Shown: piece by piece, positions 24,337-36,426 of the stretch
How the letters are laid out: the number at the start of each line of letters is the position of its first letter
Position numbering within the stretch: position 1 is the first letter of the stretch
Origin: Lepidodermella squamata
Taxonomy: Eukaryota > Animalia > Gastrotricha
Reading direction: 5' to 3'
DNA length: 64,000 nt
Assembly (NCBI GenBank): GCA_047495785.1
Contig: JBLDXI010000030.1
Span: forward strand, 1,054,001-1,118,000
Made by a program: the position numbers and the translations under genes
The notes under the pieces: model-generated
Database searches by the model: none
What the model saw: only the letters and a program-made list of their open reading frames with translations
What the model was told of the DNA's origin: nothing

Positions 24337-26232
24337 TCACGGCGGAGGTTTAGCGTCAATGCTACAAGCAGTAGGTTTGTCTGCGTCTTCTTCGTAAGCC
24401 ATTATGACTGAGCGATAAGCTTCTGGAATGGTGCCTTTGTTGACCATTTCGATGAGATCCTTCTTAAGACTGGATTCGATCGGCAATCGCTTTTCGTATT
24501 TTTGAACAAGTAGGAAAGGAAACAAAATGACGTCTTTGTTGTAGCGCTTAGCGACGAAAGTATGAAAAGCCAAGTCGAAAGTTTTCTTGGTTTGGAGATA
24601 ATTAGGGTAGTCTTTCTCGTATCTGAACCAACATGGCTCCGACCATTTAACATCATTTTTCTGTTCGTCTTGCAAATACTGAGCGAACTTTGGTGACTTG
24701 TCAAAGCTGAAGAAGCTTGCAAATTGCATTTCAGTTATGCTGTATGGTTTCACTTTCAAGCGGTTTGGTGTTTCCTCGCCGTACACTTCGAGTCTCAGAT
24801 CAGCATCAATCGGAGCCTTCCGCGACGCGGCCACGATTTCTCTCCATTCCTTTGAATAGCTGATGTTGACTCGTTTCTTAGCTTCCCTTTCAATAGTGGC
24901 ATGCACGGAATCACATTCCATTTGCGAGTGGCCCGGCTCGAAAAACTTGTGATCGATGACTTTGAGATTACCTTTGGAATTGGACAAGGCTGCGAATAAA
25001 GCGTTGACAATGTACTGAGATTTGTTTTGGCTTCCAGTGCTGTCGCTCCATAGAATCAACTGCTCAACTTCGTCAGGAATCATTTCAGTGATGAATTTAT
25101 AGAGACATGAACCAACTTCATCCGTCCCACGACCCCCTTCTGTTTGATCCCACATGAAACAGTAGACATCTTTTGATGAAGTATCGTAGAAAGTCAGGTT
25201 TGAGGTGTGGAACTTTTTTTTGTACATTATCGAGCAGCAAGGGCTTTCGAGGATTGACTGCATATCAAACTGGATGCACAAGATCAATCCTTTCGACTGT
25301 TTTGCTAGAATTTTGTCAGCATTCTTGGCATCTCTTGCAGCGTCTCTGTTGGATTCGTGGTTCCGTTTCTCCACGATCACTTCATGGGTGAACAGTTCAT
25401 CCGGCAAAGTCGCAAATCGTGTGCATTTCTTGCAGGTGTCCTTCTTCGGATGACTGAAAGCGAGATTGGGAAAAGATCTCTTGAATATGGATCGGTAAGT
25501 AGCGTATTTGACGGGTTTCTCATCAGTACGTAGAGCCCAGTTTTGGTGTGCTATGCAGTACATTCGATGCATTTCCTTCAGATTGAGCGCGGACCCGAGA
25601 TATTGCTTGCTAGTTTGACTTCTCGCATAATGACTGTCTAATCGCTCGAAAGAAGTGATGTGCTGATAAACAAATTTGTAAGAATTATCGCTGGTGGTAT
25701 TCGGCGGCTTATGGCGACCGCGTTGATCTGGTATGATGTAGAAGCCGTCTTCGACTTTTTTCTCAACAGTTGTGTTTATAAAAGCGCGAGTTTCATCGAG
25801 CGCCTTCAGAAAGAAAGACCTGCATACTTCGATTGAGTCCCTAGATTGTGAAGGCGAAGGGGTTGCCAAGTAGTTGCCTGGTAAGTAATAATCAAATCTT
25901 CGAGGACCATTCTCTCGTTTCTGTTTATAACTGACGTAACGGTTGATGAATGCTCGTCTAGCGTCGATAGATGCTCGGGACCAGTAAGTGTTAAAGCATT
26001 GTTTGACTGAATTTTCATTGAATTTCAAGGAGCATTTACGCCAGCAACCACACTTGAAGTAAACAGGCTTACGACCGGAATTAAACTTAGCGCTAACCCC
26101 TTTATCTGACTGACGGTAGGGTTTCCCAGAGTTGCGCTTGCGTTTTCTTTCCATCGCTTGTTTGGATGGGCGGTGTCTAGAATCCACTATCCTCGGAGGA
26201 AACTGTTTCAGCCAATGGTCGTTATCAGTCAT
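24337..26232 (-). CDS. DDD transposase, Sola-like (probably Sola1), 631 aa intact
   Basis: Motifs DQRGRH, SHYAR, PKKDTCKKC, QFDMQ, GGRGTDEVGSCL, WSDSTGSQNK, PGHSQMECDSVHATIE. TIRs not located. Confidence 0.7.
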   Translation of the reverse strand: MTDNDHWLKQFPPRIVDSRHRPSKQAMERKRKRNSGKPYRQSDKGVSAKFNSGRKPVYFKCGCWRKCSLKFNENSVKQCFNTYWSRASIDARRAFINRYVSYKQKRENGPRRFDYYLPGNYLATPSPSQSRDSIEVCRSFFLKALDETRAFINTTVEKKVEDGFYIIPDQRGRHKPPNTTSDNSYKFVYQHITSFERLDSHYARSQTSKQYLGSALNLKEMHRMYCIAHQNWALRTDEKPVKYATYRSIFKRSFPNLAFSHPKKDTCKKCTRFATLPDELFTHEVIVEKRNHESNRDAARDAKNADKILAKQSKGLILCIQFDMQSILESPCCSIMYKKKFHTSNLTFYDTSSKDVYCFMWDQTEGGRGTDEVGSCLYKFITEMIPDEVEQLILWSDSTGSQNKSQYIVNALFAALSNSKGNLKVIDHKFFEPGHSQMECDSVHATIEREAKKRVNISYSKEWREIVAASRKAPIDADLRLEVYGEETPNRLKVKPYSITEMQFASFFSFDKSPKFAQYLQDEQKNDVKWSEPCWFRYEKDYPNYLQTKKTFDLAFHTFVAKRYNKDVILFPFLLVQKYEKRLPIESSLKKDLIEMVNKGTIPEAYRSVIMAYEEDADKPTACSIDAKPPP

Positions 26233-28137
26233 CAGCTCAAATCGTTGTTAAAAATGAAACGTTGAATGCTTTAGTCCTAAATGACAAGCGTCATAAATTA
26301 AAATGTCAAGGATAGAAAACAGGGAGTTGTCGAAAGCCGAATTGCCAATCTGAGAAGTTCTGTTCTTGTTCTGTTCTTGCATTGAATGCGGCGTTTATCA
26401 AGCTGACAGGAAGGGTTGACAGGAAGCGTGAAACCGCCAGGCAAATCCTCCCTTCTGGAATGGGCCGCCATTCACCGGTAATATAAGGTAAAGATGTGGC
26501 TACTCAGCGGCCAAAGCAATCATGCATGGGAATAGTCGGCTCCCAAGCATTGTGAAGATGGCATGCGTCTGATACCAAATGCTAAATTTTAAAAGGCAAT
26601 AAAGAGTACTTCTGGTTAGATCTAATTAAGAGACTGTTTCGATTGTTCGTAAGGCTTCGACCTTCGACCGTTAGTAGATTGTAGGATTCACGCACGATCG
26701 ATAAGTCTATAGTTTCCGTCGAAGTAGCTGTCAAGTTCTAGGTGGAGTTTGAGCCCCAAACCGACAAACTTGGCTTTCTATCTTTGATCAGAAGTTGTGT
26801 TGTGTTTTGGAGGTGGTTGTTTGAGGAAAAGGGCGATAGTTTCAAATTATCCAGGGGCCCAAACCACATTATCAGCTTGATAAACGCCACAACAACGAAA
26901 TAATGGAATATTTTCCTAACAGAGTAGCCAGCAGCCACTTTCGGAATCTCAGCCGAAACAACCTTTCTACCCTATTTTTGCTGAAACCTCAAAACAGGAG
27001 TTTAACTTTGTGGTAAGCTCAGATTTCACTAAACTCCTAAAGAATCTGATAAGAAGCCTCTATCAATCTATCGGAGATTCTAATCATTCTAGAAGAAAAT
27101 TTTGCTGCGATTTAAAATGGACAACTATGGAAAACATTCCTACTCCGTCCCATGAACAGACCAGGTCAGAATTACTAAAATCGTGGGTAATTTAAAGCAC
27201 ATGCTTTCAATGTCCTACTTTCAGCAAAAATGATGCGGGAGATCTAAGAAAGAATGATGATAAAAATGAAAAAACAAGAGAACAAAATGCGCAAATATAC
27301 CATGTTACTGCGGAAGAATCGATCGCTCTCGTCTGAGTGCATTCTCTTGTGCATGCACCAAAATGCTATTAGCCCTGTGTATAACCATATACTCGCATAT
27401 ACTCCGCACAGTTTTTATGGGCGTATATCAGAATGCAGCCTATCGGTCTGTTTTAGCGCAAAACCATCGATATCTAAAATATAAAAAATATGAAATAATG
27501 CAATAAATTAAAATAATTAGTTCCAAGATAGTTCAGCGATAAATGTATCTAAATTGAATGCGTAAAACACCGCGGGATGGCTTGGTATCGCGCCTAGAAT
27601 AGGAATCTTAATGCATCCACAGAGGGTGAAAAAACGTCATCTCACGCTGGGAAAAATTTGGCGTAGAACGGATGGTCGTCAATTTTGAAAATAGTCGAGC
27701 ATTTTTCAAAGTTGCCGATCAGATTCGTAATATCTTGAAAAGGGACCATAATTCGTTTGCCAAGTGAGCCGAATCTAAATAACTATTATCAAGCAAGCAA
27801 GATGAATTACGTAAAGCAAAATTACTTTTTAAAAACTGCCGCAGCGGTAGCTTTCAAACAAAGTAGGAAAATAGTACCCTTTCGAGGCAAACAATTTTGT
27901 GACGACGATTTCCGCGCCTTGTCGACGGGTAATCCGCTAGTAAAACGTGTAGATCGTCTTTCATTTCAAGTTCAGTAAAAATTCTAGTTACTAACGTTCA
28001 AATTTATAAAAATAGTGTTAAATTATCGAAATTCCAAGTATTGTATCATGGGCGACATCCCAGCGGTAGGAGTATTGCTGGGAAACGATTTAGCTGGGAG
28101 ACCCGCGATTATTAGAATAGCCCCAGTCAATAAAACT

Positions 28138-30105
28138 ATGGCTAAACGAAAAGCTATCCGCAAGCCTTATCGAGAGCTGTCGAGGCAGCAAAAAGTTATT
28201 CGCGTTCAACAAGCGTTGGAGGAGCATATGGATAACTTCAAGAATTCTTCTGCATTCCGGCATTATGTGGGGAATGAAAAAATAGAGAGATTGGAAATGA
28301 AAGCGAAAGTCGTAAATCTGCCCGAGGTCTCCTCGCGTAGACCAGATGGATGTGTGAAAGCATCGATAGAACGAGCAGAAACTTGCGAAAAGTAAAACTT
28401 TCAATAAAAGAAAAAGACGTTAATGTGTCAATTGACCATATTGTTGTCAATAGAGTAATGGAGCAACAAGCATCGAAGCTTGTACCTACGCGTTCGGCCT
28501 ATCCGATTGCCAAGCTTTTAGGCCGAGCGAGAATATCTGGTCCTGGATTAATAAGAGCTCGCAGAGTCATGTCCGGTTATTTGGAAATCGATGGCATAAA
28601 AGGTTTGCTGGTTGGTTAGTCAATAATTTTAAATATGCTTCATTCGCTTTTAAGACGAAAACGAGAAGGAAAAAGGCGTAAGAATCAAACTGGATCAGTT
28701 TTTGGAAAAATGGATAGCATCTGGTCACTTGAAATCTCGTATGCTGAACGCTTGCAGATCGATGGGACACCTCGACGAACCTCCGTTGGGGATTGTCTGG
28801 TACAAGCGACGCTATGCTTTGTGACAAAGAAAAAGAAAACTGGTTTGAACGAAGAATTTCAGCTCTTAATCTACGAAGGCAAGGAGTCTTACGAATCAGT
28901 CAGGAAATACTTGCAACCGGTGGTTGACGAATTGGTGAAATGCATGCATGCATTTTTTGTACCAAGGATTTTCGACATGAAGAAGCTGTTGGTGAGGAAA
29001 GGAAATTTGATGAAATAGAAGACCAGTGGCACCAGATGAACGAACGCGAACGCGAGGAAGCCGGCTGGCACAGATTATTTCTACCCATGTTCCTATTTTC
29101 CCAAAGAGGTATTTCAAGTTGCACCTTGCGTCTTGCATCTTGAATGTTGCATCACGAATTCTGGGTTGGAAGCGGTAAGAAATGCTGCGGTTTTAGTAAT
29201 GATTGAATACTTCCTTAACAGATTTTAACAAAATTGAAAGCTGAAAATCTCACTTCTGCATATGACAACATCAGTAGAATAATTCAATCAAGTTCGAAAA
29301 AACTGACATTGCAAGCTTCAACTACTGGCCAGCGAAAAGTGAATATTACACGAGCAAATCACACCGCGACAACTAACGTAAGCTAACTTGATTTCTATTT
29401 AACGACATGATATAATGAAAAACAGTCACTCAAATGGCTGGCGATGACAGGCTCGCTGTTTCAATATCTCGGACCTAATTGGCATCTCGAGTTTGTGAAA
29501 GGAAGATACGGTCGAGATATGGCTTTCTACAAGCAATGGCTACTGAATAACCACGGCGTGAGGGTCAGGTCTCACTGGACGCTGGAGGAAATTCAGCTGA
29601 AAGCTATTGAAAGAGGCCTTGAGCGCGATGTAAGCAATAAGAAACAATCAGAAATTAAACTAAATATTTTCTTAACCAGAACATCGAAAAAATGCAGCAA
29701 TATATACTGCAGTGCGACGATTTCTTGCAAACATCAAAAAGAATTTTCGAAAGAATTGATAGCATGGATCTTGGCGGTGATCCCGAGGAAGACTTCGAGC
29801 GATTCGAAGAAGCATTCAAGGGAATTGTTGGAAGGCTGACCACTTATGCGCACAGTAAGGACACTTGAGCTAAAACCTTAAAATAACTACAATTGTCGCT
29901 ATTTCAAGTTACAGCGCGACACGTTCTACCGTTGCTAAGAATGGGCATTAACCTGAGATTACTTTCAGCCGAGTCAATCGAAATCAGGCAAAAAATTATC
30001 AAGAAAATGCTAAGCATGACTTGCGCAGCTTTGCCTTCATCTATTTCGCGGCAACTAATGAAAGTGTTCATGATAAGGTTGTCGCAGTACTGGCGTGCTA
30101 TTTAA
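28138..30105 (+). pseudogene. Decayed RAG1/Transib/Chapaev-type DDE transposase with introns
   Basis: Ordered motifs across frames: RKPYRELSRQQK, LQIDGT (first D), LLIYEGKESYESVRKYLQPVVDEL, HACIFC, PCVLHLECCIT and, after intron 29855-29908, TTYAHITARHVLPLL...LSAESIEIRQK (HxxxxH and catalytic E). Frameshifts; the second-D region appears deleted. Confidence 0.65.
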
Positions 30106-30913
30106 TCTCAAAACCGAAGATTCTAAACCAATGTGATCATTAACAATTTGTGATTTGTGATGAGCTGTAAGCTGTGATGAAATGGTTCACGGGAAAGTGA
30201 ACGAAGAGATTAAGAATAAAATGTGACCGATTTACAACGACTTGGCGACAACTATACGTCAGTTCGAAAAGTTACACATATTTGTGGTAATGAATGACGA
30301 CGAACGACGAATAGACAAGTGACAATGACAAGAAAGTTGCTAGTTAGCCAAAATCTGGTATGAGCAGCAGAAAACACAGCGGGATTCTGAATAGACCGCC
30401 GGCGGGATATTTTGACCGAAAATAGTTAATAATCAACATTATTTATTTATTTTGGATTTAAAACTTAAAGACATTTTTTGTGATTTACATATTATTTGAA
30501 TTTGCCGCTGATTTTCTTTCGGCCAATCAGAAGAATGGAAAAATTTCTACTTACAACCTAAAACATAATGCATTTATGAGTCCAGCATGTAAAAATACAT
30601 AGTAGAAAAGGTGATAGCGTGTTTTTTATGAGGCCAGTCAGCTTGTTTGCAACCAGTTTTTTTATGCCGTTTGTTTAAGAGGCCTACATATATGATATAG
30701 TCTACATTTACGAGTCCAGCAGATCAAAATATACCAAAAGAAATATGCCAAAGCGTGGGTTTTATAAGGCAAGTGAGCTATTTACTAGTTCATACGTCGA
30801 GGAGACCTCGAAAACAGAGACCATCCAAGGCTATATATTAACATGATAACTTCCATCAACACCAACCACCAACCAATCATACACTACTTCCTCGTACATT
30901 TCGACACTGAATA

Positions 30914-32576
30914 ATGGCTGCTTGCGCTAAGGCTCTCGTCCTCTCGGCTGTTCTCTGCGTAGCTACAGCCCAGCAAGCCTTTAACCCTCTAATGCCGGTA
31001 ACGTGTATACTCAAACTGCGGCTATTCACCTTGAATTCTCATACTTCCCGACTTATTCAGGAAAAACGGTTTGGTAAAATTTTAGATGGCCATCTGGACT
31101 ACCCGATTCCGAAAACCGCAGACTCGCCGCGTTGATTACGTAACACAGGTGTGCGCGCAAATCACGGGTACGCCTGCTTTTTGTGTAAACTCAGTCACAT
31201 TTCGACCAAATGACACGGGGGTCGCGCGGGCGGCCTGTTTTGTGTGCATCGATGCAAACAGTTTTGTATTAACACAACTGTCACTTGAGTTTACTCATGC
31301 ACCTATAGTTATTATTTCGATATCTTGTTTTTTCATTTTTGGCGGGGGAAATAAATAATTCAGGACATGATGTGCACGCATGGCGTGGCAGATGTTGCGC
31401 AACATAACATTGCGTAACAGTAATGCGTTTTCTATAGTTACGCAATAATAAATGCTCTCATAATGCATACGATCGGACATATAAACTGCACAGGGAGAGC
31501 GCATAGAATCACACATCTTTAGTTTATATTTTAAGTTTTATTTCAAATATGGCAAGTCAACCTCTATTAGCGGTACCTACTGCGGATCCGAAGCGCGCTG
31601 CCCAACAACTGGTCGCGACATCTACCTGCGCTGCTGATATGGCGCCGCAAGCCAACGTTCCAGTTGCACTGCATGCTGTTTCATCGCGAATTTTTTATCA
31701 ATTTTGTAAAATTTTGAATAAAATACATGTGATTTCTGCGCTCTTCCTGTGTTAACTCAAAAGCGAGTTTATACAAGTTTTCAAGCATGAGTAAACTCAG
31801 GTGACACGTGTGTATAATCGGCCTCAAGCCCAGAAGCCTGAAAAACGCCTCCCAGACTGAGTTTACACAAGCTGCGTGTTAGTTAACTCAAAATGAGTGA
31901 ATTTTCCCCAATGAGTATACTCAATTTGTATAAACTAAGCAGCTGCCGGCATTAGAGGGTTAACTTCCTCGGCTATCAGGAACCGTGCCCTGGCCTTTTC
32001 TCTCAAGTGTTGTGAGTTTTGCGACAAATATTTCGGAAGAAGTTTAAAACTTTTCTCTTTAGCATTCGCTGCCCTTTGACACTCAGCGACGATGCAAGCC
32101 TGAAGTGCCACCGATGCCTGTGGAGTGACATCCCACCACTTGCTCTGTGAGTTTTGAACCACTGCATTTCATTGGATTCTAATTAAATTTATTTATTCTT
32201 TTAAAGCTCATATCAGACCAGCAAAGAAGGATGCGATGCTATGTTGTCCCACGTCAAGTATGCGAATTCCATGATTTTTCAATCGCAGATGTTTTACTCT
32301 ACTTGATTTCATCCTTAGGACCCGCGATGTCGCCAACTGCGGTGCGAATGTCTGTAGCTTGGCCGAGACTGAATCTACTAGCCACTGCCGAAAGCGTGAT
32401 TCGCCTGATTGCTACCAGTGCGTTAACAAAAACTGCGACATGTCTGGCAAGGCCGATTGCAACGCTAAGTACAACTGCATCAAGTGAGTTTCGAAAACCT
32501 TCGATATTTTCGATTTCGATTTCCAACCTTCTTTTTCAGGGCAAACATCGACAGCGGAAGATGTGGACCTCGTTAA
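30914..32576 (+). CDS. Secreted cysteine-rich protein (~150 aa, 14 Cys in the mature part), unknown family; exon 1 interrupted by a TTAA element
   Basis: Signal peptide MAACAKALVLSAVLCVATA; exons 30914-30984 + 31964-32011, 32063-32146, 32207-32257, 32319-32483, 32540-32576, joined by four phase-2 GT-AG introns without stops. Confidence 0.8.
30985..31959. mobile_element. Non-autonomous piggyBac-type element
   Basis: TTAA TSD at 30981-30984 and 31960-31963; perfect 14-bp TIR CCCTCTAATGCCGG; possible remnant of the transposase Cys-rich C-terminus (PVALHA/CF) near 31570-31690. Confidence 0.9.
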
Positions 32577-33079
32577 TAAGTTGCACTCAGTGATCCTTCA
32601 TGATGACTTCAATTTTTAGTATATATGAAAATCTCTTACAAAAAGCCACTGTCTGATTAAACTTTAACTAATAAAGATTTGTTAGATATTTGCGGTTTCC
32701 AATACTGTTTTGATGGCCTGGTTTTACTGATTTTTTATGCTTGACGCAGTTCTTTTTTCACGTATTCTTTTTCATCTTTTTCCTCAATATTTTTCTTATT
32801 TGCCTCACTGCTCCATACTGATCTGGCTGTGATTTAGTTCATCGGGTGATATATCTCAGCGCTGCCATCGCGAATTTCCTGTCAAACATTGATTCTTAGA
32901 TAAACAAGTGGCCGATCAGAATGCGAATCATGGAAATTCCTTCAAATCTTTTGCATCCCGTTTGAAAGAGCCATTGTACGATTCGTGTGCTAAGCAGTCT
33001 GTGTAGTGAAGCGTGGAGCATTCAACGAAGGCCAGATAGCCAGAGTTGCGGTATCTGACTATCTGACTATCTTCAAAAT

Positions 33080-34252
33080 ATGAAAACGCTTCTAGTTTTG
33101 CTGATGGCGGTTGAGCTCGCATCGATGGAAGCTGATTTGTCGATTGCTGGAAATTTAGAGGCAAGATTCGCTAAACATTGCCCGGCAGTTCGATCGAAAA
33201 CCCTAACGACAGATCATGCGATTCATTTCAACAAAACGCACCCGATTAAGGTGCTCATCTACTTGAGCCTTCATCGATTTGTGGGCATCGATGACGTGGA
33301 GCAAAAACTGTCACTATTAGGGCAGCTGTCTATTCATTGGGGGCTGCCTTGCGAAACACCAAAATGTACAGACTTACTATCCGAAACAGAGTGCATGATA
33401 CCGCAGTACGACCTTCTGTTCTTCACAGTCCCAGCCTTGGATATTTGGACGCCGGGTATCTCCCATTTGACCGCTTACGAGTCGCCTGTTATGGGGCGAA
33501 GATTAAGTGACCAGGTCATGGTCTTTCCATTTCTTTACTCATTTTATATGCGTTACGAAGTTATCGACTGATTCGACGTATTATGCACAGCTTTCAGCTA
33601 TCGCAAATTCCCATTTGACACGCAAGCCTGTACGCTAGTTTTTGAATCTACGAATTATCTATGGGATGTGGACCTCAATTTGGGATTATTTGAAATTGAT
33701 ATCTCAGCTGTAAATACCTTCATCGTGGATACAGAAATATGGTCGCTTGTCGAGCCCCTCGAATACGGCAGCTATGAATCTGCGCACGCGCGGGGCGATT
33801 ACCTTGTTAAAAGAGTTAACATGACGATCCGATTCCGCCGGAAAAGTGGCTACTACGTCTGCAACATCTTCGTACCTACCATAGCGCTGTTCGTCCTTCA
33901 AGTCGTTTCTCTGCTAGCCGAACCCTTGAATCGCGACCAATCTGCGTTTTGCGTGACTGTCGTGCTGTCTTACGTTGTATTTTTGACGATGATTTTTGGC
34001 ATGATGCCAAGAACATCTGACCACGTCTATCTTGTCTACATGGTTTCAGCGAAATTCATCGTTTCAGTTGTAATCACGGCCTACACTTGCTTGAGTTCTA
34101 ACATCCCCGAAACACTGAAATCTCGCGTTCTCACGTTAAATAAATCGTTGACCGTGCCGATGCATCGCTTTTTCGACTTGGTGATGGCCGCTGCAGCAAG
34201 CTTGATCGTAATGATCATTGACGCTTGCTTTTTCTCGCTGATGTTATCGTGA
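33080..34252 (+). pseudogene. Type-A Cys-loop gene with a single premature stop
   Basis: 391-codon frame intact except TGA at 33569-33571, where paralogs have CGA (DRFDV). Confidence 0.85.
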
Positions 34253-34742
34253 CTGTAAAATGATGCATGGAAGGCCTATTTCTATTTCACGAATTAGCTC
34301 TTTGAATGGGGGTATAGCATGTGTGCGATTATCTGGGGCGTGGAAGGCATCATCCCCCAGCTCGGCCAGACCAGTAAAGAAATAAAAATGTATAACGCTA
34401 TTTCGTCAATTTTAAGAGGCTTTGGAGCAAGTTTCGACAATTTTCAACATTTTCTCTCGCTTCGCTTGAAATTAGTATCATGTCATGACAAATTTTAGGA
34501 AATAGGTATATAGGATAATCGGTTTTCATCACTGGCAGCTACAGGATCCGTGATTGCAGTACAGCGCTTCAAAATATATTAAGAGTTGTTATAATTCCAG
34601 GCCAATCATGTTTACATTGGGATCGAACTTGACAAGCTATCATGCTGAACAGGAAATTCGCACAGGCTCTCTGAATATAACGGCCGCGTGCATTTGCATG
34701 ATCAAAAGCGGATCGGGAGCTTTCAAACATCAATTAAATTCG

Positions 34743-35930
34743 ATGGATATGAGATCGATTGATAAATGGCTGCTTTTTATAATATTTCTTCTAATGAAAA
34801 GGATTAATTCGATCAGAACTGCTCTTTCCCAAGCTGAAAACTTTGAGGCAAAATACGCTGAGTTCTGCCCAGCCTTGAATTCAATGACCCTACCTGTCGA
34901 CCAAATGATCCACTTGAATAATAGCAAGCCGATTGTTGTAAATTTCACAATGTCTCTGGTTCGATTTGTGAGCATCGACGACGTCGAGCAGAAACTGTCC
35001 CTAGTTGCTATGTTAGATTTGGCTTGGAAATTGCCATGCGATATCCCGAAATGTGCCGATCTCCTATCGGAAGCAACGTGCGCAATACATGATGTACAGT
35101 GGCTCTATTTTAACGTTCCTGCGAATCGTATTTGGATGCCGGACATCGCCCACTTGACAGCGTACGAATCGCCTGTCCTTACTCAGAGGTTAAGAGATCG
35201 GGCTGGAATATCTCCACTTACAAATACGGTATTTTATTCTATGTTTGAACGATTCGACGTGTCTTGCACAGCCTTCAACTACCGTAAATTCCCGTTTGAC
35301 AGGCAAGTATGCTCGATGACCTTTGAATCTTCAGAATACTCTAAATACGTGGATTACCATTTGGTTTCTTTTCGAATTGACAAGTCTGCTCGCGATACCT
35401 TCATCGTTGATACCGACATATGGTCGCTTGTCCACCCCCTTGAGTATAGCAAATATGTATCTGTGCAGACCGATGCTTACACCGTAAACCGCTTGAATAT
35501 GACGATGAGTTTCCAGCGCAAAAGTGGGTACTACGTCTGTAACATCTTCGTCCCTACTATCACATTGTTCATCCTTCAGGTCGTTTCTTTGATCTCAGGG
35601 CCTGTAAACAGAGACCAATCAGCGTTTTGTGTGACGGTCGTACTCTCCTATGTAGTTTTTCTCACGTTGATTTTTGGCATGATGCCAACAACATCAGATC
35701 ACGTCTATCTTGTGTATATGGTTTCAGCAAAATTCCTCGTATCCGTCCTTATCACTGCCTATACCTGCTTGAGTACTAATATACCCGAGTCTCTGATATC
35801 CCGTGGTGTAAAGTTACACAAATCTTTGACTGTGCCGATGCATCGCTTTTTCGACTTGGTGATGGCTGCTACAGCTAGCTTGATTGTATTGATCATTGAC
35901 GCTTGCCTTTTCTCTCTAATGCTATCGTGA
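34743..35930 (+). CDS. Atypical Cys-loop channel subunit (type B)
   Basis: Probable start MDMRSIDKW (34743 or 34749); IWMPD, CTAFNYRKFPFDRQVC, 4 TM. Confidence 0.9.
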   Translation: MDMRSIDKWLLFIIFLLMKRINSIRTALSQAENFEAKYAEFCPALNSMTLPVDQMIHLNNSKPIVVNFTMSLVRFVSIDDVEQKLSLVAMLDLAWKLPCDIPKCADLLSEATCAIHDVQWLYFNVPANRIWMPDIAHLTAYESPVLTQRLRDRAGISPLTNTVFYSMFERFDVSCTAFNYRKFPFDRQVCSMTFESSEYSKYVDYHLVSFRIDKSARDTFIVDTDIWSLVHPLEYSKYVSVQTDAYTVNRLNMTMSFQRKSGYYVCNIFVPTITLFILQVVSLISGPVNRDQSAFCVTVVLSYVVFLTLIFGMMPTTSDHVYLVYMVSAKFLVSVLITAYTCLSTNIPESLISRGVKLHKSLTVPMHRFFDLVMAATASLIVLIIDACLFSLMLS

Positions 35931-36426
35931 CTTCACGTGTAATTTTCAGTTTTTTCCAACGGAGTTGAACTTGTTGTAGGGTGACTGCTGACATTGAGCT
36001 TTGAAATACAGTCCACTTAGTGTCATAGTGTATCCTAAAATGTTAAATGTCTCTGAAGCTGTAAGAAAATTAATGACGAAATGCGAAAATTTAACTACTC
36101 AGTTTTATAATCGCAACATCATTCGCCAAGCCACTCAGGTTGTCACTATTTTTGAAGTCGCAATTTATTCGATTTGAACGATCGTAGAATGAAAACGTAC
36201 ATACCAAGATGCCCCTTCTCAATACATATATGCTTTTCGTTCGTTCGTACACATATTGTATATTACCAACGAAGCAAAAGTTGTGGATTCTATGGTTTTA
36301 CCAAGTTTATCACCACAATTCACATAACAAAGAATAATGCGAACAAAGAATATTTTTTACGAAATTTAAAAAATAATTGATCCGTTTCAGATAATTCATC
36401 GCTAACGACAAAGGTTACGGCACCAT

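Noticed and set aside
31571-31690. Extra Cys-rich exon of the secreted protein
   Set aside because: It lies inside the TTAA element, contains a stop, and its phase does not fit; more likely a transposase C-terminal remnant.
28138-32576. ProtoRAG-type RAG1-RAG2 pair
   Set aside because: No convergent kelch/PHD ORF and no heptamer-like TIRs; the downstream gene is a secreted Cys-rich protein.
33569-33571. Selenocysteine or alternative genetic code at the in-frame TGA
   Set aside because: Paralogs have Arg (CGA), TGA terminates other genes here, and no SECIS was identified.
34554-34742. N-terminal extensions of ORFs 34554, 4122 and 59009
   Set aside because: They overlap the promoter motif or precede the signal peptide; paralogs support downstream ATGs.
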